DNA of 64,000 bases. Origin: a virus. Shown piece by piece: positions 36,049-45,698 of the stretch (position 1 is the first letter of the stretch; every line of letters starts with the position of its first letter). The notes below the pieces were generated by a model that worked only from the letters and a program-made list of their open reading frames with translations, ran no database searches and had not been told where the DNA came from. The position numbers and the translations under genes are program-made. The stretch spans positions 19,253 to 83,252 of IMG/VR virus record IMGVR_UViG_3300003702_000496. One strand, 5' to 3'.

Positions 36049-36915
36049 TTAATTACTTTGATATTTTAGTATTGGTAATTTCTCAATAGTTACATAACCA
36101 GGCGGCGCCTGTAGAATATGAGGTATTCTGTTTATCGTTTGAGCTGATGTTACCACAGGCGATCCTAATCCATCCACTTTTACGTTAAGGTTTGGTTCGC
36201 CCCTTATTTCCCACGCTTTAAACTCTTCCCCCACAATTAACTTATATTGACCAACCATTCTTATACCTTCTTTAGTCGTAATATCCAACTTTGTACCACT
36301 CGCATCTATAGTTTCTTCTACATCTATAATATTCAGATTTAAAGCTGAAGCTACATTATCCCAAAATGTTACATATATACTTGGACTTTTTGATAATGTA
36401 GCAAATGTTTCGGGCCCGAAATTAGTTGTATCAAAACAACTACGATAGATAATTTCATCTATTCGATGGCAAGCACCTGACATTAATACTCCTAGATGCA
36501 CAATACCAAAATCTTGAGCACCAGTTCCAGTGATTGTGACACCATATTCTTTTGCTATATTATCTAATTCAACAGTTAGTTCGGGGTATAGTCTCCATGA
36601 AAATGAAGAACTTTCTCCTATAGTAGCTACATTCTTTCTTGCTTCTAAACACTGTTTGTAAATTGGAAACATTATAGGCAATTCACTTGCTACTGCAACA
36701 ATAACGATATCTGCTGTCTTTGATAACACCTTTTCTGGGTCATCAGATATAGGTACATTCAAATAATCAATGCCGGACAATAAACCCAAATCTTTACCAA
36801 TTTTAGGGCCGGGTCTATTGATTGCTCCTACAATATCAATACCCCTTTCTTTTAATAATCTTGTAGCCAACATATTCATTTGGCCCACACCATATATTAT
36901 AACTTTTGTTGTCAT
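36049..36915 (-). CDS. DapB-like Rossmann oxidoreductase (2,4-diaminopentanoate / amine dehydrogenase-like)
   Basis: VIIYGVGQM, GKDLG.L.G, LD..AK..GVT.TGTG, I.GEP, T.A.TINRIP....APPGY.T. Confidence 0.75.
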   Translation of the reverse strand: MTTKVIIYGVGQMNMLATRLLKERGIDIVGAINRPGPKIGKDLGLLSGIDYLNVPISDDPEKVLSKTADIVIVAVASELPIMFPIYKQCLEARKNVATIGESSSFSWRLYPELTVELDNIAKEYGVTITGTGAQDFGIVHLGVLMSGACHRIDEIIYRSCFDTTNFGPETFATLSKSPSIYVTFWDNVASALNLNIIDVEETIDASGTKLDITTKEGIRMVGQYKLIVGEEFKAWEIRGEPNLNVKVDGLGSPVVTSAQTINRIPHILQAPPGYVTIEKLPILKYQSN

Positions 36916-36918
36916 ATC

Positions 36919-37782
36919 TTACCTCGGTTCTATTATAATGTTATCATAAAGTTCATCCACATCACCAAACCTTACATTAACAACAATCACAAATTTTCTA
37001 TCAATTGAATTCAATTCTTCTAGGGTTTCTGCACAACAGATATCTATGCAATTTACTGTTCCATTATTTCTAGTTATACATTCATTAATGTACATTTTGA
37101 TACGTTGTATTGAAGGATATGCAGGCCAAGCAGATACTTCCTGTAATGTTTCGTTAAGGGAAATAAGATTGTTATAATCATCTTTCGTTAAATCTCTATT
37201 ATGAGAACTAAAAGCCACACCATTAGAATCTCTAACGATAGGAGCTATAATTACCTTTATGGGAAGACTTGATTGTTTGATAAGATATTTAAGGACAACA
37301 ATTTGATGTACATCCTTTTGACCTAATATAGATACATCAGGCAGTATAATATTATACAATTCTTTAGCACCCAACATAAATTTCATATTTACAGGGGGAA
37401 AATAAGGTCTATCTATTATCAACTGATCAATTACAGGAATAGAAACATTTAAAGGAGGAATATCTAAATATAAATCATTCATCGGAGGAAGAAAAAGTAC
37501 ATCTACATTATTTAACTTACATATTTCAATTTCTTTTTCTTTAAAATCTTGTTCATATACTTTTAATTGTGCTTCATATTTTTCAATGGAAGAGTCAAAA
37601 TAATCAACTGTGTGACAAATGCTCAATACTACTGCGTCAACATTTTCTTTAGCAACCTTTACCAAGGACATATGGCCATCATGTAAATCTCCTTCAGTAT
37701 CTATTAATCCAATAGTCTTTCCTATTTGTTTTACTTGTCGAGAATATTCTCGCATTTCTTTAATTGACTCAATAATTTTCAT
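36919..37782 (-). CDS. panC: Divergent pantoate-beta-alanine ligase-like protein (paralog 2)
   Basis: LHDGH, GQKDVHQ, RDSNGVAFSSHN, ELYDN. Confidence 0.8.
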   Translation of the reverse strand: MKIIESIKEMREYSRQVKQIGKTIGLIDTEGDLHDGHMSLVKVAKENVDAVVLSICHTVDYFDSSIEKYEAQLKVYEQDFKEKEIEICKLNNVDVLFLPPMNDLYLDIPPLNVSIPVIDQLIIDRPYFPPVNMKFMLGAKELYNIILPDVSILGQKDVHQIVVLKYLIKQSSLPIKVIIAPIVRDSNGVAFSSHNRDLTKDDYNNLISLNETLQEVSAWPAYPSIQRIKMYINECITRNNGTVNCIDICCAETLEELNSIDRKFVIVVNVRFGDVDELYDNIIIEPR

Positions 37783-38693
37783 CTAGCATAACCAAGATGC
37801 TTTGGTTCTATTATAATGTTATCATAAAGTTCAATCACGTTACCAAATTGTGTAGAAACTAAAATTACTGCTTTTCTATCAATTGTCTTTAATTCTTCTA
37901 AGGTTTCTGCACAACAGATATCTATGTAATTTACTGTTCCGTCAGAAGCTTCTATGCGTTCATTAATATACATCTTAACACGTTGTATTGAGGGATATTC
38001 AGACCAAGTAGATACTTCCTGTAATGTTTTATAGACAGAAGAAACATTTATAAGTTCTTCTTTATTTAAAGCTGCGTTACGAGAACTTAAAGCTACACCA
38101 TTAGAATCTCTAATGGTAGGAGCAATAATTAATTTAATTGAATAATTCAAATCATCTATAAGAGATTTAAGATAAGAAGTTAATTCATAAACATCTTTTT
38201 CTCCAATTACACTCACATCGGGCGACACAATATTAAATATTTTTAAATTCATGAGCAGGTATAGAGATATAATATCTCCATATCCATTAGCTAAATTTGG
38301 ATTCCAAGCCCTCTTTTTGATAAATCTGTCAACAAGAAGACCAGATAAAGTTATTTTATTTGTCAAATTTGAATATACATCTAACATACTAGGTTGAAAC
38401 AATATATCTACATCATATTTTTCACATGTAGCAAGATCATCTTTTAAAAACTCTGCATGATATTCTGCTATATGTTTTTCGTATCTCTCAGGATGATTTA
38501 AATAATAAAAATAATAAAAAGTATGAAAATTACTCATCACTACTACGTCAACATTTTCTTTGGCAACCTTTACCAAAGACATATGACCATCATGTAAATA
38601 AGATTCTGTAGCAACAGATGCTATAGTTTTACCGTCACGTTTAAGTTGTTGAGAATACTCTCGCATCTCGTCAATTGATTCAATAATTTTCAT
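37779..38693 (-). CDS. panC: Divergent pantoate-beta-alanine ligase-like protein (paralog 1)
   Basis: LHDGH, GEKDVYE, RDSNGVALSSRN, ELYDN. Confidence 0.8.
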   Translation of the reverse strand: MKIIESIDEMREYSQQLKRDGKTIASVATESYLHDGHMSLVKVAKENVDVVVMSNFHTFYYFYYLNHPERYEKHIAEYHAEFLKDDLATCEKYDVDILFQPSMLDVYSNLTNKITLSGLLVDRFIKKRAWNPNLANGYGDIISLYLLMNLKIFNIVSPDVSVIGEKDVYELTSYLKSLIDDLNYSIKLIIAPTIRDSNGVALSSRNAALNKEELINVSSVYKTLQEVSTWSEYPSIQRVKMYINERIEASDGTVNYIDICCAETLEELKTIDRKAVILVSTQFGNVIELYDNIIIEPKHLGYAR

Positions 38694-38866
38694 TTTTTTA
38701 ATTCCACTTCTGCTTTATGTCCACAATGAGGACAAGTCATTTCTGGCCATTTTTTCCAAACAGCATCTGTAGTTGCCCAACTAGTTGCATAACTCCACCA
38801 ATTCATGCACTTAACACAATTGAAATGAAGTATCAACTCTTTTGTATATGTGTGATTTATACCCAC
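38690..38866 (-). CDS. Small Zn-ribbon protein (58 aa, not in track)
   Basis: GTG start; HFNCVKCMNWWS...TCPHCG; its TGA overlaps the ATG of the first panC-like gene. Confidence 0.65.
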   Translation of the reverse strand: MGINHTYTKELILHFNCVKCMNWWSYATSWATTDAVWKKWPEMTCPHCGHKAEVELKK

Positions 38867-38874
38867 TTTGAAAC

Positions 38875-38903
38875 ATTATATAACAATTCTTGATGAATGT
38901 CAA
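38875..38903 (-). promoter_or_regulatory. Consensus sigma70 promoter of the panC-like operon
   Basis: TTGACA-17-TATAAT. Confidence 0.85.
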
Positions 38904-38913
38904 GAACCTTTTG

Positions 38914-39576
38914 TTAACGTCTTTTCTTAGATAACTCCATTGCAATCCAATCCTTGGCTCGCGTATTCTGAACTTTTCTTTTAGCGAGTTTTTGTACACG
39001 TTTGAAAACTTGGGTAAAGATATCCTCTCCAGCATCATTGTTATCTATGATAATCATACCAGCGCCAAAGAAGTTATTAAATTTACCAAGATTTGCTTGT
39101 ACATCTTTCCACGATTTAATTACTTTAGATTCTGGAACACTACGAGGACGTTCTGCATTTCGTTGAAGGGCAACATCAAGAGAGGTGTTCACAAATATCA
39201 TATATGTGTCATATCCCAACTCTTGCAGTTGTCTTGCTTGCATTTGTATCTTATCAAAGTCTCTGCCTGTGCCATCTATGATAAGACCAAGACGCCCCTC
39301 AAGAAAATTTTCTTTTCTTTTTGCAGTAATTTCTTTTGCTCGCGCACGAACAATATCTCTAGGAGCTTCTTGTTCTGAGGGCATCTTGAGAGACAGACCA
39401 GCCTTTTTCAGAAGAGTTTCAAAAGCATCATCTGAATTAACTGATTTAAGTCCCATACCACCAGTGGTGCGTCTGGCAACGTATGATTTACCGCTGCCAG
39501 GCCCACCAGCTAAAAAGAACGCCTTAAATATATTAGGGTCGTAAACCCCCTCTTGCAACTCTCTGAATGTCTTCAT
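38914..39576 (-). CDS. P-loop kinase (AAA_33 / zeta-toxin-like)
   Basis: FLAGGPGSGKS, VNSD..FE, IIDGTG, ALQRNAER.R. Confidence 0.8.
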   Translation of the reverse strand: MKTFRELQEGVYDPNIFKAFFLAGGPGSGKSYVARRTTGGMGLKSVNSDDAFETLLKKAGLSLKMPSEQEAPRDIVRARAKEITAKRKENFLEGRLGLIIDGTGRDFDKIQMQARQLQELGYDTYMIFVNTSLDVALQRNAERPRSVPESKVIKSWKDVQANLGKFNNFFGAGMIIIDNNDAGEDIFTQVFKRVQKLAKRKVQNTRAKDWIAMELSKKRR

Positions 39577-39853
39577 TAGATATTCGTTCCTTCATCAACT
39601 CTCTTTTATATCCTGCTGTCTCTATAATGTATTTATCATTTTCTGATAGCGGTTCATATTTGCGATTCTGTTTTTGAAAAGTCATCTTCTTAATTCGGTT
39701 TTTGGTCCTAGCCATCCTAGCCATTTTTCTTTTCCTTTTCATTTGTGATTTATTGGATATATTATAAGAGGTGATATTATGATTCTCCTTTCGATTATGT
39801 ATTATAATATTTGTAAGATTCCGCGACAGCAACTGAGTCAGCTGAAGGTTCAA
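39533..39853 (-). CDS. Small basic hypothetical protein
   Basis: Likely start downstream (MKRKRK or MARMAR). Confidence 0.4.
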   Translation of the reverse strand: MNLQLTQLLSRNLTNIIIHNRKENHNITSYNISNKSQMKRKRKMARMARTKNRIKKMTFQKQNRKYEPLSENDKYIIETAGYKRELMKERISNEDIQRVARGGLRP

Positions 39854-41228
39854 AATTATCTGTTGGTGCTTCTAATCTTTCCTCTAAAGAATCTTTTACT
39901 AGATTCATATGCATTGTATGTTTTGCTGGTGATGAACTCGTATCAAAATCGTGTCTAAGTCTTTTGATTATAAATGGACCCTTATAAAATTTGTCAAATC
40001 TATCATTATCTACCCCTATAACAGCAGCTTTATATGGTAAATTAATTGTTACTTTATCTCCAGCATTTATTAATGTATTTCCATGAACTGATATGTTTAT
40101 GTTAAGTGCATTTTCCAATTGTATCATTTGTGAGGTTCTTCTTTGAATCCATTTATGAGGATCGTATGCCATATAAGGAGATGTGTTGTTGGATGTTACA
40201 TGTTGAGAATCAACACTTCCAGTAAGAGAAGTTGGCATCAGAAATGTTCTTGCAGGGAAATCAGATATCCTTGATCCATCTTCTTGTATATGTAATTCGC
40301 TTGCAAGGGGAAACTCTAATTTCCCTTCTGTAACACCACCAACAATATGTGATTCATTATTAAAATTATCATGATAATTATATATTTCAGTTCGATAACT
40401 TTTGTTAAGAATATCGTGAGTTATAAGTTTTGATGCATACATGCCTGTACGATAATTTATAAGACTGTCATTATTAGAAACTATTTGATAATCAAGAATA
40501 GTTCCTAAATCTCTTAATACATCAACCATACCATCTTTTGTTAAATTGGTGCCAGCAACTGATGTAGTATATTCTATAAGAGATGATTCATTATATAAAC
40601 TTGCTAAAGTTCTAAAATTAAATCCTTTAAGATTTTCGTAAAATAAATATGTCGGTTCTCCTTTATAGATAGCCACAGCCTGTTTCATTCCTAAAACAAT
40701 TATGTCTAATGGCCTCATATTTGGAGCAACAAATTTCTTTACGCCGGAACTTTCTTCTATAACTCTATTCTTTTTAGTACCCAAATAATCTACCAACATT
40801 CTATCAACAATATTTGACCAAGAATCAGTTAAACTTTGTGTAACTTTGATTCTCTGATTTTTAACTAATTCTTGACTAACAAAACTTAATACAAATCCTT
40901 GAACACCAGCAGGCGAAATTTCTTGTCTTTTGGATATAGAATGTACGAGAAATACATTTTCAGAAAAATCTATGACTGCACTTTCATTGATGAAAGTTGG
41001 AGTTGCAATTTTAAGATGTAAATATTCTTGACCTAAAAGTGGACCATAAGATGCCAAATTCACAGAATCCATTATTGCAACAGTACCAGAGATTGTCATT
41101 GAAAATATGTTTTCAAAAATAGTTATTCCCATTACCATTGTTGAAAGATCAACTTCTAATCCTGTGGTGGTGATAAGTCTTAATTCTTCTATTATAAAAT
41201 CACCAGGCCCAGTTAAACCTTCAGCCAT
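39795..41228 (-). CDS. Probable baseplate hub / tail protein (gp27-like position)
   Basis: I.ENIF...ISG...I.DS..L....P..GQE; YLFYE...GFNF..L; G...I..LRH; next to gp53. Confidence 0.65.
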   Translation of the reverse strand: MAEGLTGPGDFIIEELRLITTTGLEVDLSTMVMGITIFENIFSMTISGTVAIMDSVNLASYGPLLGQEYLHLKIATPTFINESAVIDFSENVFLVHSISKRQEISPAGVQGFVLSFVSQELVKNQRIKVTQSLTDSWSNIVDRMLVDYLGTKKNRVIEESSGVKKFVAPNMRPLDIIVLGMKQAVAIYKGEPTYLFYENLKGFNFRTLASLYNESSLIEYTTSVAGTNLTKDGMVDVLRDLGTILDYQIVSNNDSLINYRTGMYASKLITHDILNKSYRTEIYNYHDNFNNESHIVGGVTEGKLEFPLASELHIQEDGSRISDFPARTFLMPTSLTGSVDSQHVTSNNTSPYMAYDPHKWIQRRTSQMIQLENALNINISVHGNTLINAGDKVTINLPYKAAVIGVDNDRFDKFYKGPFIIKRLRHDFDTSSSPAKHTMHMNLVKDSLEERLEAPTDNFEPSADSVAVAESYKYYNT

Positions 41229-41764
41229 TATAAAATGCTCGCTTTCATTAATTTTTGATATTCAGCAACAAAATCTCCAAGATATGCTGGATTAAGTAAT
41301 TTAATTTTTCTTTTTATATCTTGTAATTTTTCCTCATATTCAAAATTAGTAACAGCTGTTGCATCAGAATGATCAGTGTTATCTAAACCAATATCAATCT
41401 TTATAGTAGTATCGCCAGATGTTTGTGATATTTCATAATGATGTGTTGCATCAACTTCTGTTTGCCCGCCATATTTTTCTAAAACATATGCTATAAATTG
41501 AGGATAACTCATAGGCCATTGATGATATCTATCGGTAATATCGTTTAACAAAAGAATAACCCAATGATATTCTGGGTCATCATACAATATATCAGCAACC
41601 ATCTCAGGAGTTTCCCCTTCTTTAACATCATATATATCATAAAATACTGTATTGGTTTTAACTTTTGCTCGAACTGCAACTCGTTTTAACAAATTAGTTA
41701 CAAGTTTAAAATTATAATTTCCAACGGAGTCATATGGAATAACAGGAAAATTTGCAAAATACAT
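41228..41764 (-). CDS. gp53: Baseplate wedge subunit gp53
   Basis: MYFANFP...Y.VKEGETPE.VA..LY.D..YHWVILL.N...WP; TNFEYE. Confidence 0.9.
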   Translation of the reverse strand: MYFANFPVIPYDSVGNYNFKLVTNLLKRVAVRAKVKTNTVFYDIYDVKEGETPEMVADILYDDPEYHWVILLLNDITDRYHQWPMSYPQFIAYVLEKYGGQTEVDATHHYEISQTSGDTTIKIDIGLDNTDHSDATAVTNFEYEEKLQDIKRKIKLLNPAYLGDFVAEYQKLMKASIL

Positions 41765-41766
41765 GA

Positions 41767-42945
41767 TTAATATCCTGCTTCAATATGTTTCTTAGTAATG
41801 ATATTCAACTCACTAAAATTTAAAGATATTTGGGTTGTTTGTGGCACACCGCCTGGGTATGTTTTAAATCTATCAGCACCGTATGTTACATTCATTCCCC
41901 TAAGAACGCAAGTTGATATTTTATTAATATGGTTGTTTTCTTTTCCTTTATACATATATGTTATATCAAAAAAACTAGGAATATCCATTTCTCTTACGCC
42001 GTCAGCACCAGCGCCGAGGCCGGCAACATCGACGCCAGCTATATTACCTGTTGAATAATCAGCAGCCATCGCATGTTTAAATCTAGTAACAATACCTTCA
42101 ATATGATCAGCTTCCTGAGAACTTTTTGGTATAAATGTAAAGTCATAAGTAAAGTCTCTCCGGGCGACACCTTCAAACATTAATTCCATTCTTGGAGTAA
42201 TAATTTTACCTCTAGCAATTGATATAAGTGCGGCCGCTCCTGGAGCTACACCTTCTAGTGCTTTTATTCCCGCTACTTTCAATCCTTGACCAGCGCCTTC
42301 AATACCCGCCGTGGCGCCAGAAATAAGTTGATCCATAATGCCGCCTTTAGTTTCCATAAATTTTTTAATTGCAGCGGCACCTGTTTCTGCCCGCAGACCA
42401 ATTTCTTGCTCGCCATATTTTGTTTGATAACTAACTTTAACAGATGCAGGCATATAGATTGAAATGAAACCTTTCAAATCAGTTGTCGCCTTTCTGGACA
42501 TTTGAATGGAATTATTTAATCCAACTGTTGTATTACCAATCTTTATGTCTGATTGATCAACGCCTTCTACTCCATTCGCAGCAACACGCCTGGCCACCTC
42601 TTTCTCCTGATCGGCCGCAGACAGGGCAGAGACACCTCCTCGGCCGCCAGTGGCGACATCCTTTTCAATCTGTGCTAAGGTTTTCGCTTCTCTTGGTTTC
42701 CATGCTTTTAATTTTGCTTTATTTTGTTCTTTAATCGTGAAAATAATATAATGACCTTCTTGTGGATTACCATCTACATTCAAGGGAAAAGACAAACTTT
42801 CTGTTACATATTTGGTATTAACAGTATTCGCGGAAGTAATGCCCAATGCGCCGCCGCTGCCGAGGAATTGCTTGGCGGTTGCGCCAAGTTGAGCTCGATT
42901 TCCTTTCATCTTAACAAATTGTAGTGGTCTTGCGTGATGTGCCAT
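41767..42945 (-). CDS. gp48: Baseplate tail-tube cap gp48-like
   Basis: IYMP, P..ELMFEGV..R.F.Y.F.F.PKS..EA..I, CVL....V.Y, L.FSE. Confidence 0.8.
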   Translation of the reverse strand: MAHHARPLQFVKMKGNRAQLGATAKQFLGSGGALGITSANTVNTKYVTESLSFPLNVDGNPQEGHYIIFTIKEQNKAKLKAWKPREAKTLAQIEKDVATGGRGGVSALSAADQEKEVARRVAANGVEGVDQSDIKIGNTTVGLNNSIQMSRKATTDLKGFISIYMPASVKVSYQTKYGEQEIGLRAETGAAAIKKFMETKGGIMDQLISGATAGIEGAGQGLKVAGIKALEGVAPGAAALISIARGKIITPRMELMFEGVARRDFTYDFTFIPKSSQEADHIEGIVTRFKHAMAADYSTGNIAGVDVAGLGAGADGVREMDIPSFFDITYMYKGKENNHINKISTCVLRGMNVTYGADRFKTYPGGVPQTTQISLNFSELNIITKKHIEAGY

Positions 42946-42984
42946 TGTTATTTCACCAAAGTAATTGTTTCTGTTGTAAACATA

Positions 42985-42992
42985 TATAAATA
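42985..42992 (+). promoter_or_regulatory. T4-type late promoter for gp4
   Basis: TATAAATA. Confidence 0.75.
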
Positions 42993-43005
42993 TCCTTGTA
43001 GAAAC

Positions 43006-43013
43006 TATTTATA
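43006..43013 (-). promoter_or_regulatory. T4-type late promoter for the gp48 operon
   Basis: TATAAATA on minus strand. Confidence 0.75.
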
Positions 43014-43017
43014 ACTC

Positions 43018-43464
43018 ATGTCTTATTCGGGTCGATACATACCAAAAAAACCAAACAAATATCGGGGTGATTCACGACGAATCATTTACCGTTCTCTTTG
43101 GGAACGTAAATTTATGGTGTATTGTGACACTAATAACTCCATAATTGAATGGGGAAGTGAAGAAGTCATTATACCCTATTTATCTCCTTGGGATGGTAGA
43201 GTTCATAGATATTTTCCAGATTTTTATATCAAGACAAAACAACATGATGGAACAATCAAGAAGTTTATTATAGAAGTTAAGCCCAAAAATCAATGCATTC
43301 CACCATCTTCAGAACCAAAGAAAAAAACTAGACGATGGTTTAATGAAGTCAAAACATGGGGTATTAATAAGGCTAAATGGAAATATGCAACAGAATGGTG
43401 TAATAATAATGATATGGAATTTAAAATTTTAACAGAGGAACATCTTAACATTCGGTATAAATAA
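43018..43464 (+). CDS. gp4: Head completion nuclease gp4
   Basis: KY.GD...IIYRSLWE..FM.YCD...W.SEE..IPY.SP.DG..HRYFPDF; IEVKP. Confidence 0.93.
   Translation: MSYSGRYIPKKPNKYRGDSRRIIYRSLWERKFMVYCDTNNSIIEWGSEEVIIPYLSPWDGRVHRYFPDFYIKTKQHDGTIKKFIIEVKPKNQCIPPSSEPKKKTRRWFNEVKTWGINKAKWKYATEWCNNNDMEFKILTEEHLNIRYK
43456..43463 (+). promoter_or_regulatory. T4-type late promoter for gp2
   Basis: TATAAATA just before gp2. Confidence 0.7.
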
Positions 43465-43471
43465 TAATGAT

Positions 43472-44029
43472 ATGGCAATAAGTAAATTCATACAAGCGGT
43501 TAAAGATGAAGCGAGAGGAAGACCTCGTTCTACTGCTTGGTATAAAGAAAAAATTAGAGAATTTGGTAAACCTAGTGCTCTAAATTTAATTCGAGATGGT
43601 AAAAGGAATAATAAACCATTTTATGGTAAATTGAATATGTTTTTCTATGATCCTAAATTTAAAAAAACTCTTCCATACTATGATGTATTTCCTCTTGTGC
43701 TTCCGTTAGAAACTTATTCAGATGGATTTCTTGGAATCAATCTTCACTATCTTCCAATTCCATTACGAATTAGACTTCTTGATAAATTAGTAGATTATTC
43801 TAACAACACTAAATTTGATGAATCTACAAAATTAATGGTTGATTATAAAAAATTAAAAAGAATTACTTTAATTAAACCAACCATACATAAATATTTAGCT
43901 GGACAAACTAAATCTCAATTTCGTAGAATTGATGCAGATGAATTTACAATTGCAACTTTACTTCCTGTGCAAAGATTTAAAAAAGCTACTGAGAGCGCGG
44001 TTTGGAAAGAATCTAGGAGTATGATTTAA
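43472..44029 (+). CDS. gp2: DNA end protector gp2
   Basis: F.YDPK.K.TLPYYD.FPLV...GF.GINLHYL; LP...F.K...VW.ES. Confidence 0.92.
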   Translation: MAISKFIQAVKDEARGRPRSTAWYKEKIREFGKPSALNLIRDGKRNNKPFYGKLNMFFYDPKFKKTLPYYDVFPLVLPLETYSDGFLGINLHYLPIPLRIRLLDKLVDYSNNTKFDESTKLMVDYKKLKRITLIKPTIHKYLAGQTKSQFRRIDADEFTIATLLPVQRFKKATESAVWKESRSMI

Positions 44030-44727
44030 TGTCACCATCCTTCGCACAATTTACGTCAGACCGTGCCGTTCATAAATTCAACGAATTTTTATCAACAATA
44101 AACACCAATGAAGGTTATGCAACAAAAAACCGATTTGAAGTATTAGTTTTGCCTCCGACGGCAATGGCATTTGAAGTTCAAAGCAAAGATATTTCTCTGA
44201 GATGTATAGATGTAACACTTCCTGGGCGTAACTTAGCTACTTTAACTGACTCAAATATTTATGGACCTACTAGAGAAATTGTTAATGGTGTAGTTTATGC
44301 AGAAGGTATATCTCTAACTTTTATTGCAAGTGCTGGTTTGAGGGAAAGAGTATTTTTTGAAGAGTGGCAACAATTAGCATTTAATGACTCAACTTGGGAT
44401 TTAGGATATTATGATGATTATGTAGGGGAAATTCATATATTCATATTAAATAAACAAAATGAAAGAAAATTTGGAATTAAACTTATAGAAGCATTTCCTA
44501 AAACAATTGGAGGGACAGAGTTAGCTATGGAAACTCAAAATGCAATTATAACTCTTCCAATAACTTTTGCTTTTCATTATTGGGAAACTTTAGATATAAC
44601 CAGAATCCCAGATCGTGCAACTATTAGCAACGATCTTGGTGGTACGAGAACATTTAAGATTAATGGTGTACCAGTTACAAAAGAAGAACACGCCGCCGCC
44701 CTTGCACGAGGCGGAAGGCTTGATTAA
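44029..44727 (+). CDS. Tail tube / baseplate-tube junction protein (gp54/gp19-like)
   Basis: NRFEV, C....LPGR, R.FFE.W, YYDDY, L.EAFP. Confidence 0.75.
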   Translation: MSPSFAQFTSDRAVHKFNEFLSTINTNEGYATKNRFEVLVLPPTAMAFEVQSKDISLRCIDVTLPGRNLATLTDSNIYGPTREIVNGVVYAEGISLTFIASAGLRERVFFEEWQQLAFNDSTWDLGYYDDYVGEIHIFILNKQNERKFGIKLIEAFPKTIGGTELAMETQNAIITLPITFAFHYWETLDITRIPDRATISNDLGGTRTFKINGVPVTKEEHAAALARGGRLD

Positions 44728-44802
44728 CGCAGTTCGGTGAAACCAAACTAACTCGCAATGCAGCGAAAATATATTAAATTCATGAATAAAGGATGAAAAA
44801 TT

Positions 44803-45507
44803 ATGGCACTACCTAAACTTAATACTTTAACTTACGAATTGGAGTTACCCTCTAATGGTGAAACAATAAAATATAGGCCCTTTCTTGTAAAGGAACAAAA
44901 ACTGCTAATGATTGCTCAAGAATCAGAAGAGGATAAACAAATTCAAAGTGCATTTGCTCAAATTATAACCGACTGTACTTTTGGGGAACTTGATCCTTAT
45001 GTTATGCCTATGTTTGATCTTGAATATGTTTTTTTACAATTAAGAAGTAGATCGGTTGGAGAAAAAGTTAAACTCAAGTTAATATGTCCTGATGATAATG
45101 AAACAGAAGTAGAAGTTGAAATTGATTTAAAAGATGTTGATGTTCAAATGACTGAAGATCATACTAATATTGTTAAACTAACAAAAAGTATTTCTATGAC
45201 TATGAAATATCCAAGTTTATCTGATATGGAAGGATTTGATCCACAAGGAAAAATTCTTTCTCTCTTTGAAATGGTTAAAAGATGTATTCTCGAAATTCGT
45301 GATGGTAAAACAATTCATAATAAAGTGGATATTTCAGATAAAGAATTGGATAAATTTATTGATAGCATGTCAACTGAAAATTTTAAAGAATTAAGTAATT
45401 TTTTTGAAACTATGCCGAAATTGAGACATATATTTAAAGTAACAAACCCAAAAACAAAAAAGAAAAGTGAAATTCCAGTTGAGGGACTTCAAAGTTTTTT
45501 CGACTAG
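44803..45507 (+). CDS. gp26: Baseplate hub assembly protein gp26
   Basis: MALPK...Y.L.LPS....YRPFLVKE.K.L; FD.EY.FL.LR..SVGE; FFETMPKL; GLQSFF. Confidence 0.9.
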   Translation: MALPKLNTLTYELELPSNGETIKYRPFLVKEQKLLMIAQESEEDKQIQSAFAQIITDCTFGELDPYVMPMFDLEYVFLQLRSRSVGEKVKLKLICPDDNETEVEVEIDLKDVDVQMTEDHTNIVKLTKSISMTMKYPSLSDMEGFDPQGKILSLFEMVKRCILEIRDGKTIHNKVDISDKELDKFIDSMSTENFKELSNFFETMPKLRHIFKVTNPKTKKKSEIPVEGLQSFFD

Positions 45508-45527
45508 CCCTTTCTCATGACACATTA

Positions 45528-45695
45528 ATGAATTATTATCAAGTTAATTTTGGAATGATGCAACATCATAATTATAGTTTAAGTGAATTAGAAGAAATGC
45601 TTCCTTGGGAAAGGGAAATATATGTTGGAATGTTAATGAATTTTTTAGAGGAAGAAAAAAGAAAGAGAGAAGAAGCAGAAAGACGACACAGGTAA
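45528..45695 (+). CDS. gp51: Baseplate hub assembly catalyst gp51-like (not in track)
   Basis: NYYQVNFGMMQHHNYSLSELEEMLPWEREIYV.ML. Confidence 0.85.
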   Translation: MNYYQVNFGMMQHHNYSLSELEEMLPWEREIYVGMLMNFLEEEKRKREEAERRHR

Positions 45696-45698
45696 AAT

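Noticed and set aside
38811-39038. Track ORF overlapping the kinase 3' end
   Set aside because: Spans a consensus promoter; the Zn-ribbon frame 38690-38866 is the better call
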